The notes beneath the pieces are model-generated. The model saw only the letters and a list, made by a program, of their open reading frames with translations, was not told the DNA's origin and did not search any database. The translations under genes were made by a program, and so were the position numbers. Source: Candidatus Eiseniibacteriota bacterium (lineage in GTDB: Bacteria > Eisenbacteria > RBG-16-71-46). From it: DNA of 64,000 nt. The DNA is taken from positions 64,001-128,000 of the forward strand of contig JBGAML010000013.1 of NCBI GenBank assembly GCA_044223005.1, written 5' to 3'. Of the stretch, positions 57,983 through 64,000 are shown piece by piece (the stretch's first letter is position 1; each line of letters begins with the position of its first letter).

Positions 57983-58666
57983 ATGCGCCACCCCTTGCTC
58001 CTTTCGGCTGCGGTCCTCGTCGCGCTCGCGCTCGCCGCTCCGGCGGCGTGGGCGGGCCTCGAGTCGCCGTGGCGGGCGTTCCCGGCGCGGGCGAGCGCGG
58101 ACAGCATCGAGCGCGCCCTGCGCGTCATGGAACTGCGCGGCGGGCCCGGCGTGCGCCCGGGTGAGGCCGCGTTCGCGCTCGGGCAACTGCACTACGCGCG
58201 CGGCGAGTACCGCCAGGCCGCCGATGCCTACCTGCGCGCGTCGGCCCGCCTGGGCGGCGCCGACCGGATCGAGGCGCGCTACGCCTACGCGCTCTCGGCG
58301 CTGGCCCTCGGCAACGCCCCGGCGGCCCGGACGGCGTTCGGCGAGGTGGCGGCGGGCGACGGCCCGCGGCGGCCGCTCGCGCTCCTCGGCATGGCGCAGT
58401 GCTGGGAGGCCGAGAATCGCCCGGAGAAGGCCTGGGACGTCCTGCGCGGTCTCGTGGCCACGGCGCCCGGTGAAGCGGGCCCCGCGGCGCTGGAGCGGCT
58501 CGTGGCGCTGGCCGGGCGGCTGCACCGCGACGCCGACGGTGCCGCGGCCCGGTCCCGGCTGGTCCGCGAATACCCCGCGAGCATCGAGACCGCGCGGCTG
58601 CCCGCGGCGCCGCCGGCGGCGAAGTTGGTGCGGAAGGGCCCGGCGTCTAGACTGCCCGCCCCATGA
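57983..58666 (+). CDS. Exported TPR protein
   Basis: Signal peptide (AAPAAWA), AAFALGQLHYARGEYRQA, LVREYPAS. Confidence 0.75.
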   Translation: MRHPLLLSAAVLVALALAAPAAWAGLESPWRAFPARASADSIERALRVMELRGGPGVRPGEAAFALGQLHYARGEYRQAADAYLRASARLGGADRIEARYAYALSALALGNAPAARTAFGEVAAGDGPRRPLALLGMAQCWEAENRPEKAWDVLRGLVATAPGEAGPAALERLVALAGRLHRDADGAAARSRLVREYPASIETARLPAAPPAAKLVRKGPASRLPAP

Positions 58667-58697
58667 CGACGCCCCCTCGCACCCCGGAGCCGCGCCC

Positions 58698-61343
58698 GTG
58701 AGCCGCACGCTCGATCCCGCCGCAGCCGCCGGCACCGCGGCCGCGCGCACGCCGCTCATGCGCCAGTACCTCGCCGCGAAGGACGAACACACGGACGCGT
58801 TCCTGTTCTTCCGGATGGGCGATTTCTACGAGTTGTTCTTCGAGGACGCCGTGCGCGCGGCGCAGCTCCTGGGGCTGACGCTCACGTCGCGCAACAAGCA
58901 GGACCCGGATCCCGTCCCGATGTGCGGCTTCCCGTGGCACCAGCGTGACGGCTACGTCGCGCGGCTGCTGCGGCTCGGGCACAAGGTCGCGATCTGCGAC
59001 CAGCTCGAGGATCCCGCGCAGGCGAAGGGCATCGTGCAGCGCGGCGTCACCGAGGTGCTGACGCCGGGTTCCGTGACGAGCGACGCGTTCCTCGACGTCG
59101 CGGCGCACAACTGGCTCGTCGCGCTCTGGCCGCAGCCGGGCCGGCTCGGCGTGTGCCTCGCCGACGCGTCGACGGGAGAGATGCGGCTGCTGGAGACCGC
59201 GTGGCCCGAGGCGTCGGGCCTGCTCGCGCGCGTGCCGGTCGCCGAATGGCTGTTCCCGGCCGGGCTCGCGCCCGACCTGCAGGAGCGGATCGAATCGCTG
59301 CTCGGCGGCCTCGGCGGCGCGCGCAGCGCCGCGCCCGCCGCGCGCTTCATGGATCCGGTGCTCGCGCCCGCGCGCTGGGGCGCCGCGACCGCCGAAGCGC
59401 ACGCCGACCTGCCGCTCGCGCTCTCGGCGGCCGCGGGCGCGCTCGACTACCTCGACCGCACCCAGGGCGGCGCCGCGCTGCAGATGACGCGGGTCGAGCG
59501 CTGGGCGGGCGAGTCGGTGCTGCGGATCGACGCCGCGACCGCGCGCCACCTCGAGCTCTTCGAGCCGCAGCCGGGCGGAGAGGCGAAGCACACCTTGTGG
59601 TGGCACCTGAACCTGGCGCAGACCGCGCCCGGAGCGCGCCGCCTGCGCGCGTGGGTCGAGCAGCCGCTCGCGGCGCTCGATCCGATCCGCCGCCGGCAGG
59701 ACGCGATTGCCGGCTGGCTCGACGCGGCGCCGGCGCGCGGCGCGTTCCGCGACGCGCTGCGCGGCCTGCCCGATCTCGAGCGCCTCGCGGCGCGCGTGGC
59801 CTGCGCGCGGGCCACGCCGCGCGAGATGGGAGCGCTGCGCGACGCGCTCGAACGACTTCCCGGCCTGGCGGCCGCGCTGCCGCACGCGGGCGAAGAGACG
59901 CTCGTGCCGCTGCGCGTCGACCCGGCGCTCGGCGCGCGGCTCTCGGCCGCGCTCGTCGACGAGCCGCCGCCCGCGAGCCGCGAAGGCGGCGTGATCCGCG
60001 CGGGCTACGACGCCGTGCGCGACGAATTGGACGACCTCGCGCACTCGGGCAAGCGCTGGATCGCCGAGCTCGAGGCCGCGGAGCGTGCACGCAGCGGCAT
60101 CGCGAGCCTGAAGGTCGGCTACAACAAGGTGTTCGGTTACTACCTCGAGGTGACGAACGCGCACCGCGACAAGGTGCCCGCCGACTACGAACGCAAGCAG
60201 ACGCTCACGGGCGCCGAGCGCTACGTGACGCCGGCCCTGAAGGCCCGCGAAGGCGAAGTGCTCGCGGCCGAGGAGAAGCTGCGCGCGCGCGAACACGAAC
60301 TGTTCGTCGAGTTGCGCACCTGGACCGCCGGGTTCGTGGCGGCGCTGGTCGCGGCGGCCGACGCGCTCGGGCGCATGGACGCCGAGGCGGCACTGGCGGA
60401 GGCCGCGGCACGCTTCGGCTGGACCCGGCCCACGATCGAGGACTCGGATCGCCTGCTGCTCGAGGGCGCGCGGCATCCGGTCGTCGAGCGGCTGCTGCCG
60501 CGCGGCGAGTTCGTGCCGAACGGCGTGCGGCTCGACGCCTCGTCACGTCAGGTGCTGCTGCTCACGGGCCCCAACATGGGCGGCAAGAGCACCTACCTGC
60601 GCCAGATCGCGCTCGTCGTGATGCTCGCGCAGACCGGGTCGTGGGTCCCGGCCGAAAGCGCGACGATCGGTCTCGTCGACCGGTTGTTCACGCGCGTCGG
60701 CGCCGCCGACCGCCTGGGCGCGGGGCAGAGCACGTTCATGGTCGAGATGTCCGAGACGGCCGAGATCCTGCGCGGCGCCACGCCGCGCTCGCTCGTGCTC
60801 CTGGACGAGATCGGCCGCGGCACCGCGACCTATGACGGGCTGGCGCTCGCATGGGCGGTGACCGAGCACCTCCATTCGGGCCGCGCGGCGCGGCCGCGCA
60901 CGGTGTTCGCGACGCACTATCACGAGCTGACGCAGCTCGCGGAGACGCTGCCGCGGCTCGCCAACGTGCACGTGGCGGTGAAGGAGTGGGGCGACGGCGT
61001 GGTGTTCCTGCACCGGATCGCCGAGGGTGCGGCGGACCGCTCCTACGGCATCCACGTCGCCAAGCTCGCGGGCCTGCCCGAGTCACTGCTCGCGCGGGCG
61101 CGCGAAGTGCTGGCCGAACTGGAGAGCGAGCGCACGGTGGAGCACCTCGAGCCCGGCGCGAAGCGCAAGCGCCCGGCGGCCGCGCCGGCACCGCTGCCGC
61201 TGTTCGATACGCCCGCACCGCCCGCCGAGCATCCGCTCGCCGCCGAGTTGCGTGCGCTGGACCCGGACGCGCTCACGCCGCTCGAAGCACTGCAGCGGCT
61301 CGCGGAGTGGAAGAAGCGCTGGGGGAGCGGACCGGACGCCTGA
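58698..61343 (+). CDS. mutS: DNA mismatch repair protein MutS
   Basis: TPLMRQY, FRMGDFYELF, GPNMGGKSTY, DEIGRGT, SYGIHVA. Confidence 0.97.
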   Translation: MSRTLDPAAAAGTAAARTPLMRQYLAAKDEHTDAFLFFRMGDFYELFFEDAVRAAQLLGLTLTSRNKQDPDPVPMCGFPWHQRDGYVARLLRLGHKVAICDQLEDPAQAKGIVQRGVTEVLTPGSVTSDAFLDVAAHNWLVALWPQPGRLGVCLADASTGEMRLLETAWPEASGLLARVPVAEWLFPAGLAPDLQERIESLLGGLGGARSAAPAARFMDPVLAPARWGAATAEAHADLPLALSAAAGALDYLDRTQGGAALQMTRVERWAGESVLRIDAATARHLELFEPQPGGEAKHTLWWHLNLAQTAPGARRLRAWVEQPLAALDPIRRRQDAIAGWLDAAPARGAFRDALRGLPDLERLAARVACARATPREMGALRDALERLPGLAAALPHAGEETLVPLRVDPALGARLSAALVDEPPPASREGGVIRAGYDAVRDELDDLAHSGKRWIAELEAAERARSGIASLKVGYNKVFGYYLEVTNAHRDKVPADYERKQTLTGAERYVTPALKAREGEVLAAEEKLRAREHELFVELRTWTAGFVAALVAAADALGRMDAEAALAEAAARFGWTRPTIEDSDRLLLEGARHPVVERLLPRGEFVPNGVRLDASSRQVLLLTGPNMGGKSTYLRQIALVVMLAQTGSWVPAESATIGLVDRLFTRVGAADRLGAGQSTFMVEMSETAEILRGATPRSLVLLDEIGRGTATYDGLALAWAVTEHLHSGRAARPRTVFATHYHELTQLAETLPRLANVHVAVKEWGDGVVFLHRIAEGAADRSYGIHVAKLAGLPESLLARAREVLAELESERTVEHLEPGAKRKRPAAAPAPLPLFDTPAPPAEHPLAAELRALDPDALTPLEALQRLAEWKKRWGSGPDA

Positions 61344-61352
61344 GCGTGCCGG

Positions 61353-61901
61353 TCAGCCGTCGCGGCGACGGCGCTGGTGCGCCGCGGGCTCGTGCGCGAC
61401 CGGCTCGCCCAGTTGCACCAGCGCCGCGGCGAGTGGCGAGGGCGAGGTCGCGGACGACTTCGAGCGGCGGTGTGCCAGCAAGCGCTGCCAGTGCCCCGGG
61501 CGCTTCGCCTGCAGCCACGCTTCCAGGTCCGCCGCGGTCTTGAACCACGCGGCGACGTCCGAGAGCGGCGCACGGCGTTCACAGCTCCGCGGATCGTACT
61601 CGCGGCAGAGGACAGGCCGGTCCGCGTAGACCTTGCAGCGGCCCTGGCCGTCGAGCTGCTCGCAGCGCGCCTCGATGTGCAGGTACCAGCGCTCGGGCTT
61701 CTCGACGTAGAGCTCGAGGTTGCGGTGGTGGAGCACCCAGATCCACTGGTCGTACTCCCACGGCGCGCGCGGGGCGTCGATCTCGATGCTCACCGTCTCG
61801 CAGCAGCGCGTGCAGCCGGTGCAGAGGTCCGCGTTCTCGGTGTCCGAGAGCTGCAGGACGTCGCGCGCGTCGTCGAGTTCGATGCCGTCGTCGAGTGCCA
61901 T
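61353..61901 (-). CDS. YkgJ-family (CxxCxxCC) Zn/Fe cysteine-cluster protein
   Basis: CTGCTRCC, RCEQL...CKVYADRPVLCREY. Confidence 0.85.
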   Translation of the reverse strand: MALDDGIELDDARDVLQLSDTENADLCTGCTRCCETVSIEIDAPRAPWEYDQWIWVLHHRNLELYVEKPERWYLHIEARCEQLDGQGRCKVYADRPVLCREYDPRSCERRAPLSDVAAWFKTAADLEAWLQAKRPGHWQRLLAHRRSKSSATSPSPLAAALVQLGEPVAHEPAAHQRRRRDG

Positions 61902-61957
61902 GGAATGGAGATAGCACACGCGCGGCGCCGGGGCCAGCGCGAAGGCCGTGTCGAGCG

Positions 61958-63811
61958 TCAGTGCGCTCCGTCGAGCACGTCGAGGCAGTTCTCGTAGCGC
62001 CCGAACGACGGCATCAGGTAGACGCCGTTGGCGTGCGCCCGGCACTGGGCGAGCAGGTCGCGCGCGAGTTCGACGCCCACCTTCTGGCCCTCGTTCCCGG
62101 CGTCGTGCATGCGCTGGCGGATCCAGTCCGGGACGTGGATGCCGGGGACTTCGTTGTGGAGGAACTCGGCGTGCCGGAACGACTGCAGCGGCAGGATGCC
62201 GATCAGGATCGGGATCTTCGGCATGCCGCCCAGCTTCTCGAGGAAGCGTTCCCAGCACCCGACCTCGTAGACGGGCTGCGTCATGACGAACTGCGCACCG
62301 GCCTCGAGCTTGTTGCGGAAGTGGTCGAGCTCGTGGTCGAGGTTCTCGGCCGTCGGGTTGACCGCGCAGCCGATGGCGAAGCTGGTGCACGCCCCGATCG
62401 ACGTGCCGGCGTCGTCGGCGCCCTGGTTCATCTTGCCGACGATGCGGATCAGGCCGACCGAGTTGGTGTCGTAGACGGCCGTCATGTTCGGGTAGTCGCC
62501 GAGACTCGGCGGATCGCCCGTCAGGCAGAGAATGTTCCGCAGGCCGAGCGCGTGGGCGCCGAGCAGGTCGCTCTGCAGGCCCATGAGGTTCCGGTCGCGC
62601 GTCGTGTAGTGGAGGATGATCTCCATCTGCGGGAAGAGCGCGTGGAACTGGTAGGCGAGCGAGGCGGCGCTCATGCGGATGCGCGCCATCGGCGAGTCGG
62701 CGATGTTGATCGCGTCCACACCGCGCTCGGCCATGAGCTTCGCGCCGGCCAGCACCTTCTGCGTGTTGATGCCGCGCGGCGGGTCGATCTCGACGCTGAC
62801 CACGAACTTCTCGCGCAGCTTGCGCAGGAACGAGGGTTCGGCCGTCTCGGCGGCGGTGGTCTCCGGGGCCGCGCGATCGACGACGTGCACTTCGGCGCCG
62901 GAGGGCAGCACCTCGGCGGGCAGGTGGGAGGCGAGCCGCTCGCGCATCGCGCGCACGTGCGCGGGCGTCGTGCCGCAGCAGCCGCCGACGATGCGGGCGC
63001 CGAGCGCGACGGCGCGCGCCGCGAACTCGGCGAAATACTCCGGGCTCGACAGGTAGACGTAGCGGCCTTCGACGAACTGCGGCAGCCCGGCGTTGGGCAT
63101 GATCGAGACCGGCGCGCCGTCGGAAGCCGCGACGAGGTCCTCGAGCACTTCGAGTGCGGGCTGCGGGCCGACGCCGCAGTTGACGCCGACCACGTCGGCG
63201 CCCGCGGTGCGCAGCGCCCGCGCCACCAGTGCCGGCGTGTGGCCGTAGCGGGTCTTGCCGTCGAGGCCGAACGTCATCTGCGCGACGATCGGGACCTCGG
63301 TCGTGATCGAGCGCACGACGCGCATCGCCACGAGGATCTCGTTCAGGTCCTGGAAGGTCTCGAGCAGGAAGACGTCGAGGCCGCCCTCGAGCAGGCCCTC
63401 GGCCTGCGCGCGGAAGGCCGCCTCGGCCTCGGCGAGCGTGACGCGGCCGAAGGGTTCGAGCGGCTTGCCGAGCGGTCCCATCGAACCTGCGACGAACGCC
63501 GTCGTGCCGACGATCTCGCGGGCGGCGCGCGCCACCTTGACGCCCTGGCGGGCGATCAGGCGCGAGCGATCCTCGAGGCCGTGCGCCGCGAGCCGGATCC
63601 GGTTCGCGCCGAAGGTGTTGGTCTCGACCAGTTCCGCCCCGGCGGCGAGGTACTCGCGGTGGACGCCCTCGACGAGCGCCGGGTCGCTCACGTTGAGCTC
63701 GTCGAAGCTGCGCTCGTAGGGGATGCCGCGCTCGAAGAGCAGCGTGCCCATCGCGCCGTCCGCGAGCAGCGGGCCTTGCGCGATGCGGTCCAGGAAAGGT
63801 GAGTTGGGCAT
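61958..63811 (-). CDS. yitJ: Bifunctional homocysteine S-methyltransferase / 5,10-methylenetetrahydrofolate reductase
   Basis: DGAMGT, GVNC, PNAGLP, GGCCGTTP; C-terminal MTHFR domain (INIADSPMAR, TGDPP, MTQPVY). Confidence 0.92.
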   Translation of the reverse strand: MPNSPFLDRIAQGPLLADGAMGTLLFERGIPYERSFDELNVSDPALVEGVHREYLAAGAELVETNTFGANRIRLAAHGLEDRSRLIARQGVKVARAAREIVGTTAFVAGSMGPLGKPLEPFGRVTLAEAEAAFRAQAEGLLEGGLDVFLLETFQDLNEILVAMRVVRSITTEVPIVAQMTFGLDGKTRYGHTPALVARALRTAGADVVGVNCGVGPQPALEVLEDLVAASDGAPVSIMPNAGLPQFVEGRYVYLSSPEYFAEFAARAVALGARIVGGCCGTTPAHVRAMRERLASHLPAEVLPSGAEVHVVDRAAPETTAAETAEPSFLRKLREKFVVSVEIDPPRGINTQKVLAGAKLMAERGVDAINIADSPMARIRMSAASLAYQFHALFPQMEIILHYTTRDRNLMGLQSDLLGAHALGLRNILCLTGDPPSLGDYPNMTAVYDTNSVGLIRIVGKMNQGADDAGTSIGACTSFAIGCAVNPTAENLDHELDHFRNKLEAGAQFVMTQPVYEVGCWERFLEKLGGMPKIPILIGILPLQSFRHAEFLHNEVPGIHVPDWIRQRMHDAGNEGQKVGVELARDLLAQCRAHANGVYLMPSFGRYENCLDVLDGAH

Positions 63812-63908
63812 GGACCGCGGAATCTAAGGCCCGCGCCCGGACCCCGTCCAGCGGCGCCCGACGCGCGGGCATTCCCGGCATCGGGTGCCTCTGCTATGGT
63901 GCCGCACC

Positions 63909-64000
63909 GTGACGACCCGCCTTCTCGCAGTCGCATTCGTGCTCGCGGTGCTCCCGGCCGCGGCGCCCGCCGCCGTTCCCGTCGTTCCCACGCTCCCGGT
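63909..64000 (+). CDS. 5' end of an exported protein (runs off the window)
   Basis: GTG then MTTRLLAVAFVLAVLPAAAPA signal peptide; preceded by TG-C-TATGGT -10 element. Confidence 0.55.
   Translation, partial: MTTRLLAVAFVLAVLPAAAPAAVPVVPTLP

Overview
High-GC, gene-dense bacterial chromosome segment, almost entirely + strand. The gene content suggests a diderm of the FCB-group neighbourhood, possibly Candidatus Eisenbacteria-like (inference only). Housekeeping genes recognised: proS, waaF, gmhB, asnS, uvrA, tdh, kbl, gcvT, gcvH, HU/IHF, a 31-aa bS22-like protein missed by the ORF track, an RNase R-family nuclease, aroA, cmk, plsC, rpsA, mutS and a YitJ-type homocysteine methyltransferase/MTHFR. 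Transport modules: PstS-like/TPR/2xSTAS/ExbB-ExbD-ExbD-TonB, Yip1-TolC-MacAB-like, and an Opp/Dpp ABC importer. Two loci stand out. (1) At 32160-40171, between gcvT-gcvH and a lipoate ligase, where gcvP might be expected, lies an uncharacterised 8-gene module: a long GlmL/MutL-like ASKHA ATPase with no B12 mutase subunits nearby, a protein with a lipoyl-domain-like hairpin and a KOW-like tail, an FN3+DUF6754-like protein, and several membrane proteins. (2) At 46820-50318 lies a minimal bacterial microcompartment locus (2 BMC-H, 3 BMC-P, 1 PduT-like BMC-T lacking the Fe-S Cys, 1 acylating aldehyde dehydrogenase with an encapsulation peptide) with no signature enzyme, preceded by a structured ncRNA candidate. 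The M4-type protease at the window start is split by one in-frame TAA. No rRNA, tRNA, CRISPR array, transposase or integrase was seen. All family assignments come from motif recognition by eye; no searches were run.
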